This document shows positions 40,354-49,977 of a stretch of DNA of 64,000 bases, one piece after another. Origin of the DNA: an uncultured Veillonellaceae bacterium (GTDB lineage Bacteria > Bacillota > Negativicutes > JARBTT01); contig CAWDTA010000002.1 of NCBI GenBank assembly GCA_963805085.1, forward strand, positions 1,696,001-1,760,000. Direction: 5' to 3'. The notes under the pieces are model-generated. The model ran no database searches. It saw only the letters and a list, made by a program, of their open reading frames with translations, and was not told the DNA's origin. Positions within the stretch are counted from its first letter, which is position 1; each line of letters begins with the position of its first letter. Both the position numbers and the translations under genes were made by a program.

Positions 40354-41229
40354 ATGTTGGAAAAAAATTTATGGGGTGCTCATTTATTTATGCCAGCGAA
40401 TAATGCGGGATATATTTTTTATACACCATTAATTAATGCGAAAAACATCATTTTGGATTTAGAATATGCAACTAATATTGATAAAAAAATAGAAGCAAGA
40501 TACTTGTTAAAATATGCAATTTCATATTTGAAAAAATTACGACCAGATATGAACGTTTGTGTCAGGATTAATCTACCTTGGATAAAGAAATTTTGCTATG
40601 AAGACATAAAAGCAATAATTGATGCAGAACCTGATTCATTGAGAATACCATCAGTAAGGGATAGAAAGGATATAGAATTAATTGAAAACATAATTGATGA
40701 TTTGGAACAAAAAAATGGGAAAAATTATGATAAAATAAAATTTCAGCCAATGATAGAGAGCCCTAAAGGATTTTCTAATATTCGTGAAATTGCAGGTGCA
40801 TCAAAGCGAAATATAGCTTTATGCTTAGGGGGAGAAGATTGGGCATATAATGTAGGTTTAGAACGGCATAAACATTCGCGAGAACTAGAATATGTGAGAG
40901 TTGAAATGGTAACAGTTGCTGCAGAATATGGTTTGTTTTCGGTGGATACTGTTTACCCGTGGCTTGATGATAAAGTAGGATTTGAAAAAGATTCTAAAAT
41001 AGCAAGAGAGTATGGAATGTGTGCAAGGGCTATCCAAAACCCTAAACAGTTAAACGAAGCAAATGAAATATATAAGCCTTCAGAAGAACGCTATAAGTGG
41101 GCGGAAGATTTGCTATCTAGTGTAGTTAAAGAATATGTTGATGATTGTGAAGTTTTTATCTTCCATAACAAAATTATTGACTCGCAGGAACTTGTTCAAG
41201 CTAATAAAATTTTAGCTTTTCAAAAATGA
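40354..41229 (+). CDS. CitE-like (HpcH/HpaI aldolase/citrate lyase family) enzyme
   Basis: LFMPANN, LDLEYA, VRIN, MIESPKG, LGGEDW, DTVY, NPKQL. Confidence 0.88.
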   Translation: MLEKNLWGAHLFMPANNAGYIFYTPLINAKNIILDLEYATNIDKKIEARYLLKYAISYLKKLRPDMNVCVRINLPWIKKFCYEDIKAIIDAEPDSLRIPSVRDRKDIELIENIIDDLEQKNGKNYDKIKFQPMIESPKGFSNIREIAGASKRNIALCLGGEDWAYNVGLERHKHSRELEYVRVEMVTVAAEYGLFSVDTVYPWLDDKVGFEKDSKIAREYGMCARAIQNPKQLNEANEIYKPSEERYKWAEDLLSSVVKEYVDDCEVFIFHNKIIDSQELVQANKILAFQK

Positions 41230-41255
41230 TAAATTTGAAAAAGGAGGGTTGAAGA

Positions 41256-41651
41256 ATGAAAGAAATTATTATTCCGAGTGATATTTCTAAAGCGACTGCT
41301 AGGTATGTTCCAGGAATAAAAACTAGTGTTACTCAAAAAACAAATTTTTTATTTATAAGTGGACAAGTATCAATTAATAAAGATGGTAATATTGTAGGAA
41401 AAGGAGAGCCTGAAAAACAAACTATTACGGCATTTGAAAATATACGAAAGGTTTTAAAAAAAGCAGGTGGGGATATTGAGAATCTTGTCGCAATTACTAT
41501 TTATATTACTGATTTAGAAAATCTTAAAGTTATTTCAAACGTAAGAAACAACTACTTTGAAAAATCTGCAGTTACAAGTACTCTAGTTGAAGTTAAAGGT
41601 CTGGTAAATCAGGAGTTGTTAGTTGAGATTAGTGGTCTAGCGGTATTGTAG
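41256..41651 (+). CDS. RidA/YjgF family protein
   Basis: LFISGQV, QT..AFENI..VL..AG, VRNNYF, STLVEVKGL..LLVEI. Confidence 0.92.
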   Translation: MKEIIIPSDISKATARYVPGIKTSVTQKTNFLFISGQVSINKDGNIVGKGEPEKQTITAFENIRKVLKKAGGDIENLVAITIYITDLENLKVISNVRNNYFEKSAVTSTLVEVKGLVNQELLVEISGLAVL

Positions 41652-41709
41652 TATAAAAGTAACTAGATCAAAACAATAATAAGCGATTCAAGGGAGGAGA
41701 ATAAGTAGT

Positions 41710-42789
41710 ATGTTGAGTGAATTGAGGAAACTAGATGGTGAAATCCGTGTAGAAGATATTAAAGAGATTGCATATAAGTTTAATATCGTATCTTTGGGAA
41801 AAAGTGACATAGTAATTTCTAATGAGGACTGCAAAAATGTTTTGATAAGATCTGTTGATCACAATCAGTTAGAAAAAGATTGGGTTATATTACAAGATAT
41901 TTGCCAAAAATATCAGAATAGAAAAATGGATAGAAGTATTAATTCAATTAAAGTGTGTAGAAAAAACAAAGAAAAATATTATAGCTATGATGAAATATTA
42001 GAAAGTGGTTTATTGAAAATTATGCCAAATGGAAATATTGTATTGTTGGGTGATTTAGTTGAACTGCTCTCAAGTATAGACAATTATATCTTAAAGTTTG
42101 CCAAAAGCAATCACGCAACACAATTTTATTCAAGTCCTTTGTGGAAAGAAAACGAATTGAATGGTTTTGGATATATGAAAGATGATTTGATGTTGTACAA
42201 ATTGAATCATATTAATGATAGTAATAATGATCATTATTGGCAAATGGCAGTATGTGATAATATATGGAGATATTTAAAAGATAGTGACATAAAAGATTCT
42301 CAAATTTTCACATCAATAGGAGTATGTAGTAGAAGAGAAGGTAGTCAATACTTTATATTAGAAAGAATGAAGTTATTTCACATGAGAGAAGTTGTTTTTA
42401 TTGGGACATCTGAGAGTGTTCAAAACTTTAGAGACAAAATGATGGAGTTTTCTATAAAAATGATAAATGATTTTGAATTAGATTCATATATTGAAGATGC
42501 AAATGATCCATTTTTCTTAAATAATGAAGACTTAAACTGTGAAAATGAATATCATTATCCAGGTGATGTAAAAAAAGAATTGAGAGCTAATCTTTATGGG
42601 AAAAAATCCCTTGCGATAGCGAGTTTCAATATTCATGGAGATTATTTTACCCAAAATCTCAATATAAATTCAGAAAAGCATGATAGCCTCTGGACAACTT
42701 GTGCTGCATACGGAATAGAAAGGTGGGTATGGGCGGTTTTATCACAGCATGGTCCATATAAGAAAAATTGGCCTAAAATATTAATTTAA
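41710..42789 (+). CDS. Class II aaRS-like (atypical SerRS-type) amino acid:[carrier protein] ligase
   Basis: AVC, CSRREG (motif 2), RM..FHMREVVFIG, ANDPFF, K.EL, AIASFNIHGDYF, TTCAAYGIERW..A...QHG (motif 3); no obvious tRNA-binding coiled coil. Confidence 0.8.
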   Translation: MLSELRKLDGEIRVEDIKEIAYKFNIVSLGKSDIVISNEDCKNVLIRSVDHNQLEKDWVILQDICQKYQNRKMDRSINSIKVCRKNKEKYYSYDEILESGLLKIMPNGNIVLLGDLVELLSSIDNYILKFAKSNHATQFYSSPLWKENELNGFGYMKDDLMLYKLNHINDSNNDHYWQMAVCDNIWRYLKDSDIKDSQIFTSIGVCSRREGSQYFILERMKLFHMREVVFIGTSESVQNFRDKMMEFSIKMINDFELDSYIEDANDPFFLNNEDLNCENEYHYPGDVKKELRANLYGKKSLAIASFNIHGDYFTQNLNINSEKHDSLWTTCAAYGIERWVWAVLSQHGPYKKNWPKILI

Positions 42790-42801
42790 TAGGAGCCTTT
42801 A

Positions 42802-43341
42802 GTGAAAGATAAACTGATTCTGAAAGAAATTTTAGATTTGAAAAGTGAATTATATATAGTTAAAAATAAATTGATTAGTTTGATTAGTAAACATGGAACA
42901 TTAGTGAGCGTTGGGTTAAATATACCGGGCTGGCCTAAATATAATGATAAGATAGAACAATATTTTAATAGTTGTTTTCCTATAATTAGGAAAAAAATGA
43001 GACTAGATGTGGTTTTATATAAATATATAAATAAGGCAGGTGTATTTTATTTTTTGGAATCTATACAAACTCCTATAGCTTTAAAAAAAGTAGCAATTGA
43101 AATAGAAGAAATGGATTGTTACTTTAGATTATTAGATATTGACTGTTATAATAACGAGGGAATATCTATTAATAGAAGAGCTTTAGGATATGAAGAGAGA
43201 AAATGCTTATTATGTAATAATGATGCAAGTTATTGTATTGGAAATAACATACATGATAGTTTGTCTTTAAGAAAAAAAGCAATGAGTATAATAGTGGAGA
43301 GTAGAGAAAAATATCATAATTTTTTGGGTATATCTGAGTGA
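42802..43341 (+). CDS. Second CitX-like holo-ACP synthase
   Basis: LNIPGWPK, LKK.AI.IEE, RLLDID, R..LGYEERKCLLC...A..C....H. Confidence 0.85.
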   Translation: MKDKLILKEILDLKSELYIVKNKLISLISKHGTLVSVGLNIPGWPKYNDKIEQYFNSCFPIIRKKMRLDVVLYKYINKAGVFYFLESIQTPIALKKVAIEIEEMDCYFRLLDIDCYNNEGISINRRALGYEERKCLLCNNDASYCIGNNIHDSLSLRKKAMSIIVESREKYHNFLGISE

Positions 43342-43482
43342 CAGATATACCTTTGTTTTTACGGAAAAAGCCACTTGGCTCTAAAACAATAATAGGAAAA
43401 TCATACATGGATAATTTCAGGTGTTGATCTTAAAGGCTTAAGTATGTATGAATAACCGTCAAAAATATTTGGAGGGAATGTT

Positions 43483-44661
43483 ATGATACAAGGGAAAAGT
43501 AAAGTTGCTTTGAACGATAAGGTACTGGTTGTGATATTAGGTTTGGCAGGGTTGATTTCTGCAGCGGATAACTGGGTTGTCTCGCCAATTTTGCCAGCAA
43601 TCGCAAATGGATTTGGAGTTTCTATTTCCCAAGTTGGAGTTGTTTTAACAGCATACATGATACCTTATGGAATGATGCAACCCGTTTATGGATTCCTTAG
43701 TGACCGCTGGGGGAAAGCCAATATATTGAAATGGATTATTTATGGACTTTCTTTAGGAACTATTGGCTGTGCTCTTTCGAATTCTTTATGGATGTTGTGT
43801 TTCTGGCGAGCTATTACGGGCTTTTTTGCTGCAGGAATTATTGCTGTGTCTTTAGCATTAATTGGTGATAGTGTGCCAGTCTTGGAGCGTCAGATCCATG
43901 TTGGTAGGTTTATGGGGATTGTTTTTCTAGGGCAGGGTTTGAGTGTTGGGCTAGGGGGGATTTTTGCTGAATACATTAGTTGGCGAGTTGCATTTATTAT
44001 TTTCGCCGGAGCTGCACTCTGTATTGTCTTCTTTTTGAAGAAACTGCCCAAGGATTCTCCTAATCCTATAAATCGTATCAATCGTAATTTTTTTTCTGAA
44101 GTTAAGCAGGTAACTTTAACTCCAAAAGGGAGAGTCATTTTCCCATTAGCTCTGGCTGCGGGATTTTTATTGCTTGGTCTATATAGTTATTTGGGATCCT
44201 TCCTACATGAGGTTACAGGGTTGGATTATTTACAGGTTGGGATAGTAGTAATGTTTTACGGCTTTGCTTGTCTATTCGCAGGTTCTCAAGTTGGAAATTT
44301 TGGGAAAAAAATTGGACAAAAAAAGGTTATCATAAATGGTGAATTACTTGCTGTAGTTGCGGCTTTACTCTTAGCAGCTTTTCCATATTGGCAAACTGGG
44401 TGGTTAGCTACAGTCAGTCTAGGGGTCGGATATATTTTCATTCAATCTACCTTAGCAACAATTGCTTTTGATGTAGCAACTGAGAGTAAGGGGCTTCCTT
44501 CAGCGTTGGTTGGATTTGGACTTTTTGGTGGAGGTGGCTTAGGCACTGCATTTAGTAGTTTGCTGCTTTTACAATATGGGTATCAAACTCTTTGGATGGT
44601 TTTGGGTGCTGGAATAATACTTTTCATTTTTATTACAGCTAGTTTGCAATTTGAGTGTTGA
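43483..44661 (+). CDS. MFS transporter (drug:H+ antiporter-like)
   Basis: SPILPAIA..F, YGFLSDRWGK motif A, about 12 TM. Confidence 0.92.
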   Translation: MIQGKSKVALNDKVLVVILGLAGLISAADNWVVSPILPAIANGFGVSISQVGVVLTAYMIPYGMMQPVYGFLSDRWGKANILKWIIYGLSLGTIGCALSNSLWMLCFWRAITGFFAAGIIAVSLALIGDSVPVLERQIHVGRFMGIVFLGQGLSVGLGGIFAEYISWRVAFIIFAGAALCIVFFLKKLPKDSPNPINRINRNFFSEVKQVTLTPKGRVIFPLALAAGFLLLGLYSYLGSFLHEVTGLDYLQVGIVVMFYGFACLFAGSQVGNFGKKIGQKKVIINGELLAVVAALLLAAFPYWQTGWLATVSLGVGYIFIQSTLATIAFDVATESKGLPSALVGFGLFGGGGLGTAFSSLLLLQYGYQTLWMVLGAGIILFIFITASLQFEC

Positions 44662-44695
44662 AACAATGATGAGACGAAGGAACTAGGTTAAAGTG

Positions 44696-44745
44696 TTGAA
44701 AAAGTAGTAGTGAGCACACCTGATTCATTACAATTTACAGATAAG
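44696..44745 (+). pseudogene. Degenerate citF 3' fragment fused to citC tail
   Basis: GAAAAAGTAGT..GCACACCTGATTCATTACAATTTACAGATAAG resembles citF 36236-36280 GAAAAAGTAGTTGGCATACCTGATCCATTGCAATTTATGGATAAA. Confidence 0.65.
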
Positions 44746-44768
44746 GCAGATTATCGAAAAGTTACAAC

Positions 44769-45677
44769 ATGCGGTCGGTTGAGAGGAGTAGTTTGATGAG
44801 TTTATCACCACAGGAGATTGGCCGTTTTGGAGTGCAGTCCCTTTTAAATGAAGTAGCCGTTACGCCCAAACCAGGCTTGGTTGATCGCCATAGCGCCGGT
44901 GCCCATAAGGATATGGATTGCTTTACTTTTTTAGCGAGTACGGCAGCTTTAGCACCTTATTTTACGCAGTTTGCCCAAAAAGGAGCAGAGTGTGCCAAGG
45001 AAGAACCAAAAGCTTTGTTTCGGGCGATTCGCCCAATTGGTATTGCGGCGGAACGTTGTATGTTTGCCGCGACAACTGGTGTCAATACCCATAAAGGGGC
45101 GATTTTTTCTCTTGGGTTAGTTTGCAGCGCTGCGGGCTGTCTTGTGGCAAACGGGACAGAACTTACGCCAGAAAATGTTGCAGGATATGTGGGTAATATG
45201 ATAGCGGGGATTTGTGCAGAGGAATATCACGGGATCGAAGCAAAGCAAAATCTGACCAAGGGCGAACAAATCTATCTGCGTTATGGCTTAACAGGCGTGC
45301 GCGGTGAAGCGGAACAAGGTTTTCCGAGTGTACTAAGATATTCATATCCGGTACTGGAAGATTGCTTGCTATGCGGTAGATCGATCAATGAAAGCATGTT
45401 GCAGGCGTATCTGCAGTTAGCTGGAAATGTAGATGATACCAACGTTTTAGGACGTCACGATATGGAAGTTTCTACGTATGTAAAAGCAGAAACGCAAAAA
45501 ATTTTACACGTTGGCGGTGCGTTAGAGCCAGAAAATATAGCTTTGCTAGAAGCGATGGATGATGATTTTATCACGAAGAATATCAGCCCGGGTGGTTGCG
45601 CGGATTTATTGGCATTAACGATGCTTTTATTTTCACTAGCAAATCCTACATGGAAGTATAAGATAAATAAAAAATAA
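44769..45677 (+). CDS. citG: Triphosphoribosyl-dephospho-CoA synthase, copy 2
   Basis: Nearly identical to 37941-38840 (Y26N, different last residues). Confidence 0.95.
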   Translation: MRSVERSSLMSLSPQEIGRFGVQSLLNEVAVTPKPGLVDRHSAGAHKDMDCFTFLASTAALAPYFTQFAQKGAECAKEEPKALFRAIRPIGIAAERCMFAATTGVNTHKGAIFSLGLVCSAAGCLVANGTELTPENVAGYVGNMIAGICAEEYHGIEAKQNLTKGEQIYLRYGLTGVRGEAEQGFPSVLRYSYPVLEDCLLCGRSINESMLQAYLQLAGNVDDTNVLGRHDMEVSTYVKAETQKILHVGGALEPENIALLEAMDDDFITKNISPGGCADLLALTMLLFSLANPTWKYKINKK

Positions 45678-45887
45678 AAAATACCCTAAAAATACCCTAT
45701 AGAATAAGCACAAAAGGAGAGTGTTCATTCTATAGGGCATTTTTCATTCGATCATTTCCAATTGTTTAAGTAAAATAGCTTTATCAAAAATATAAATACA
45801 TATTTAGATAAATTGGAGAAAAACTATTTTATTCGAGCTTACATCAGGTAAACAAATTTTTATAGATAGAGTATTGGCTATGAATAA

Positions 45888-45916
45888 GTATAAAAAGGAG
45901 TATTCAACAAATACTA
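45888..45916 (+). promoter_or_regulatory. Possible forespore sigma-G promoter
   Basis: GTATA-17-AATACTA upstream of a germinant receptor operon. Confidence 0.4.
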
Positions 45917-45962
45917 TGAAGGAAATATTAACCTATATAGTAAATGTAAGGAGGTAGGGGAG

Positions 45963-47588
45963 GTGAAGCGGAAGCAAACTATTGGTATTAAGATAAAAAA
46001 GTTGTTGCAAAAAATTATTAAATATATTATGCAGGCATCGGATGAGGCAGAAACTGAGTTTATAGAACCAAGTCAAAGCATGATGAAGCAGCGAATATCA
46101 CAAAACTTAGAAGATAATGAAGCTTTTTTCAAAAATATATTTGATAAGTCATCTGATATTATTTTTCGTAACTTTCAAGTAGGCAAAAATCAGGCTGGCT
46201 TACTTATTTTTATAGATGGTCTTATTAATAGCGAAGCAGTGAATTCAGATGTACTAAGACCCCTAATCCAATATGGCAATAATGCAAATCAAGAAGAAAT
46301 ATTAAAAGAAAGTAATATTAAGAATATTTTACAGAATCAAGTTATTACTACGGCGCAACTAAGTGGAGGCAAAACAAACGAAGAAGTAGTGAAAAGCGTT
46401 CTAACAGGGGATGTAGCAATTTTAATCGATGGGATGGGGCAGGCCATTTTTGCCAGTATGCGCCAATGGGATAAACGCAGTGTGGATGAACCACAGGTCG
46501 AACCTGTTATACGGGGACCGCGGGAAGGTTTTACAGAAAGCCTAAGGACGAATACCAGCATGGTTCGAAGAAGGTTAAAAACTCCTACTTTAAAAACTGA
46601 GCTTATGAAGGTTGGTAGACTATCGCAAACTGATGTTGTCATTATTTATCTTACAGGTATTTGCGATGAAAGCTTAGTTGACGAAATTCGCAAAAGAATC
46701 AGCCAGATTGATATTGATGCCATCTTGGATAGTGGTTATATTGAAGAATTAATTGAAGATAATCCATCATCTGTTTTTCCTCAACTTGCCCATACCGAAC
46801 GACCGGACAAGCTAGCTAGTAGTTTGCTTGAGGGTCAAGTTGGGATTATGGTTGATAATACACCGTTTGCCTTAATTGCGCCTCACCCTTTTTTCCGAAT
46901 GATGCAAGCGCCTGATGATTATTATGAACGTGCCTTAGGGATGAGTCTTATTCGGCTGCTTCGCTATGTATTCTTATTTATTGCACTACTGATGCCTGCT
47001 GTGTATATAGCGTTATCAACCTTTCATCAGAGTATGATTCCCACGGAGCTTTTACTTTCTATGGCAGCTTCTCGAGAAAATATTCCCTTCCCAGCTTTTA
47101 TTGAAGCGATGATAATGGAGATATTCTTTGAGGCTTTACGGGAAGCAGGCGTACGTCTGCCCCGACCGGTAGGGCAAACGGTAAGTATTGTCGGGGCACT
47201 AGTCATAGGACAAGCTGCCATCCAGGCTGGTATTGTGTCAGCTCCCATGGTTATTACGGTCTCTATTACAGGAATTGCCTCCTTCACTGTGCCGCAGTTT
47301 AATCAAGCTGTAGCTATTCGCGTACTTCGTTTTATGTTGATGATTTTAGCTGGCATGCTTGGTCTTTACGGGGTATTCATGGGTTTTCTAGTTATTTTAA
47401 TCCATATGGCAAGTTTACGGTCTTTTGGTGTTCCGTATCTATCGCCGATAGCTCCACTGGAATTGTCTAGTCTTAAAGATGTATTTATCCGGGTTCCTTG
47501 GTGGGCGATGGTGACTCGCCCGGGATTTACAGTTAATGAGGATATCAAGCGGATGAAAAGTTCGCTGCGTCCTCGGCCTCCCAAATAG
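45963..47588 (+). CDS. Spore germination receptor A subunit (GerKA-like)
   Basis: IRGPREGFTESL.TN, TERPD, PFPAFIEA, REAGVRLP. Confidence 0.95.
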   Translation: MKRKQTIGIKIKKLLQKIIKYIMQASDEAETEFIEPSQSMMKQRISQNLEDNEAFFKNIFDKSSDIIFRNFQVGKNQAGLLIFIDGLINSEAVNSDVLRPLIQYGNNANQEEILKESNIKNILQNQVITTAQLSGGKTNEEVVKSVLTGDVAILIDGMGQAIFASMRQWDKRSVDEPQVEPVIRGPREGFTESLRTNTSMVRRRLKTPTLKTELMKVGRLSQTDVVIIYLTGICDESLVDEIRKRISQIDIDAILDSGYIEELIEDNPSSVFPQLAHTERPDKLASSLLEGQVGIMVDNTPFALIAPHPFFRMMQAPDDYYERALGMSLIRLLRYVFLFIALLMPAVYIALSTFHQSMIPTELLLSMAASRENIPFPAFIEAMIMEIFFEALREAGVRLPRPVGQTVSIVGALVIGQAAIQAGIVSAPMVITVSITGIASFTVPQFNQAVAIRVLRFMLMILAGMLGLYGVFMGFLVILIHMASLRSFGVPYLSPIAPLELSSLKDVFIRVPWWAMVTRPGFTVNEDIKRMKSSLRPRPPK

Positions 47589-47627
47589 GTGAGCTTTATC
47601 AAATGTTCATTAGTAGAGGGCGATGTG

Positions 47628-48857
47628 ATGAAGAAAATAGGAATTCTATTGCTGGTAATCATGAATGCAGTACTGCTTTCTGGATGCTGGGATCGAGTTG
47701 AGATTAATGATGTTGCGATTGTCATAGCTGTAGGTGTAGATAAAACAGATAATGGCGATATTTGTCTTTCGCTACTCCTACCTGCCCCTAAAAAATTGTC
47801 CTCTAGCGGTGGAAGTGGAGGAGGTAGTGGTGGTGACAACAATGCACCAGCACTCGTGATCTCTGAATCTGGAAAAAGTATCATGGCTGCATATCGCAAG
47901 CTTCAGGCAAAGTTACCGCGTGAAATTCTTTTTTCACATGTTCGGTTCATTATTATTGGTGAAAGACTAGCGCAAGATGGAGTTGCTGGTATCTTGGATT
48001 TTTTCTCAAGGCCAAGACAATCCAATTTAAGGGCGCATATTTTATTTACGAAAGAAAACATTGACGAAGTGCTAGGGGGGGAGCCGGGAATAGAGCAATC
48101 AGTTGCGGAAATGATTCGTGAGGAAGGGGAAATGGGAATTGGTGCTGGAATTGATCTAAAGGATTTCATTAATATGATGACTGAGGAAGGCGTAAATCCT
48201 TGGGGGGGACAATTGGTGAAACTACCATTGGCAGTAGAAACTAAGAAAAATGAGAAAACTGAAGCATCAAAGCCCCAAAAATCGTATTCTTCTATTAGAG
48301 GAGCGGCGGTGTTTGATAAGGATAAATTAGTTGGCTGGATCAATTATGATGAGGTTAGAGGCGTGTTGTGGCTTCGGGATGAAGTGAAAAGGGGTATAGG
48401 TGCGGTTAACGTGAATGTTCCGGAAGAAAAAGGCGGAGGGAAAATGGGCATACGTATCCTTGAGGCTAAGACAAGGTTACAACCTAAGATCAACGAGGAT
48501 GTACTTACGATGCATGTGTACATTGAGGCTACAACGATAATTTATGATAATTCATCTAAGATGGACTTAAGTGATCCTAAGAGCATTTATGATGCAGAAA
48601 AAATGGCAGAGAAGCGTATTAAAGAAAGGGCTCAAAGTGCATTGGATAAGCTCCAAATACAAGTAAGAAGTGATATTTTGGGCTTTGGGACAGCAGTTTA
48701 TCGGGAGTATCCTAAGGAATGGAAAGAAAAATATAAGGATAATTGGCACGAGGAGTTTCCGGAACTTAACGTAGAGGTTGCGTGCAAGGTTTCAATACCA
48801 CGAGTCGGTTTTGTCACGAATTCGTTAACGCGGAAAGAGGACGAAATTATAAAATAA
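47628..48857 (+). CDS. Spore germination receptor C subunit (lipoprotein)
   Basis: LLSGCWDRVEIND; D.LGFG. Confidence 0.93.
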   Translation: MKKIGILLLVIMNAVLLSGCWDRVEINDVAIVIAVGVDKTDNGDICLSLLLPAPKKLSSSGGSGGGSGGDNNAPALVISESGKSIMAAYRKLQAKLPREILFSHVRFIIIGERLAQDGVAGILDFFSRPRQSNLRAHILFTKENIDEVLGGEPGIEQSVAEMIREEGEMGIGAGIDLKDFINMMTEEGVNPWGGQLVKLPLAVETKKNEKTEASKPQKSYSSIRGAAVFDKDKLVGWINYDEVRGVLWLRDEVKRGIGAVNVNVPEEKGGGKMGIRILEAKTRLQPKINEDVLTMHVYIEATTIIYDNSSKMDLSDPKSIYDAEKMAEKRIKERAQSALDKLQIQVRSDILGFGTAVYREYPKEWKEKYKDNWHEEFPELNVEVACKVSIPRVGFVTNSLTRKEDEIIK

Positions 48858-48867
48858 GAGGTCATTT

Positions 48868-49974
48868 ATGGAGAGAATATCAAATTATCAATTATTTGCG
48901 ATTACAACGCTATTTCAAGTCGGTACGACAATTATATTTGGTTTTTCATCGGCTGCTGGACGAGATGCTTGGATTTCCGTTATAATATCTACCTGCTTGG
49001 GGACAATGATAATTTTTCTGTATCTTGCACTTATGCGAATGCATCCGGGGTTAACATTAGTAGAATGGTATCCACGGCAATTTGGGCGCTGGTTAGGTAC
49101 TCCGATAGCTTGGATGTATCCTCTTCTATTCATCTATGATGCAGGACGTGTCTTGGGAGATTTACGGGATTTAATACCAACGACTATTTTACCAACTACG
49201 CCAAGTGGCGTTGTTTTAACAATTTTTATGGCCGTAGTAGCTTATGGTTTGTTTTGTGGAATAGAAACCATTGGTAGACTGGGAGAGGTATGGCTGCCAG
49301 TACTTACTTTATTCTTTATTCTGGAGCTGATATTTATTTTTAGCTCAGAGATTACTCATATAGAAACATTACAGCCTCTAGTAGGCCAGGGCTGGAAAAA
49401 AATTTGGAGTAGTGTATGGCCGCTTGGTATAACACAGAGCTTTGGAGAAACGCTTGGGCTAGCTATGATTTGGCCATTAGTAAAACAGCCAGAGAAGATT
49501 ATGAAAACTACGATAGCTGCTTCTTTGATGGTTGGCTTCTTTATTGCATTGCTTGATATGGTAGCGATAATGGTTTTAGGCGAAGCTACGTTTTCTCGTA
49601 GCATTTATCCGTTATATGTATTGATTCAACAAATTAATATTGCAAATTTCCTCCAAAATTTAGATGCATTGGGTGTTATGTACTTCTTAACTACTTCATT
49701 TTTTAAAATATCAATTCATTTATTTACCGCTATTTATGGAATTCAGAAGCTTACGCGGGTTAAAAATAGTCGTGTTTTCATTTTACCTATAGTAGTTATT
49801 GTGTTGTATTTGGGAATGAAGATGGCATCCAGTGTTTTAGATCATATTGAAGCAGGGCTTAAAGTTTTGCCTTATAATTTATGGATTCTTTTGTTTTTGG
49901 TATTACCAGGTATACTTTTTATAGTAGCGTGGATTAGACAGAAGCTGGGTAAAAAACAGAAGGAGATGAAGTAA
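48868..49974 (+). CDS. Spore germination receptor B subunit
   Basis: GRDAWIS, LPTTP, GIETIGR, 10-TM pattern. Confidence 0.92.
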   Translation: MERISNYQLFAITTLFQVGTTIIFGFSSAAGRDAWISVIISTCLGTMIIFLYLALMRMHPGLTLVEWYPRQFGRWLGTPIAWMYPLLFIYDAGRVLGDLRDLIPTTILPTTPSGVVLTIFMAVVAYGLFCGIETIGRLGEVWLPVLTLFFILELIFIFSSEITHIETLQPLVGQGWKKIWSSVWPLGITQSFGETLGLAMIWPLVKQPEKIMKTTIAASLMVGFFIALLDMVAIMVLGEATFSRSIYPLYVLIQQINIANFLQNLDALGVMYFLTTSFFKISIHLFTAIYGIQKLTRVKNSRVFILPIVVIVLYLGMKMASSVLDHIEAGLKVLPYNLWILLFLVLPGILFIVAWIRQKLGKKQKEMK

Positions 49975-49977
49975 CAG

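Larger units (their letters stand above)
37918..45661 (+). repeat. About 0.9-kb direct repeat (37918-38833 and 44746-45661) bracketing an AT-rich insert
   Basis: End of citC plus citG duplicated with only a few substitutions. Confidence 0.95.

Noticed and set aside
40034-43341. Second ordinary citrate lyase or malonate decarboxylase
   Set aside because: No CitF/CitC or MdcA/D/E homologues in the insert; ligase, RidA and MFS are present instead
47366-48343. Antisense ORFs of 146-177 aa in the ger operon (and similar shadow ORFs elsewhere)
   Set aside because: Opposite-strand shadows of well-supported genes with no independent motifs
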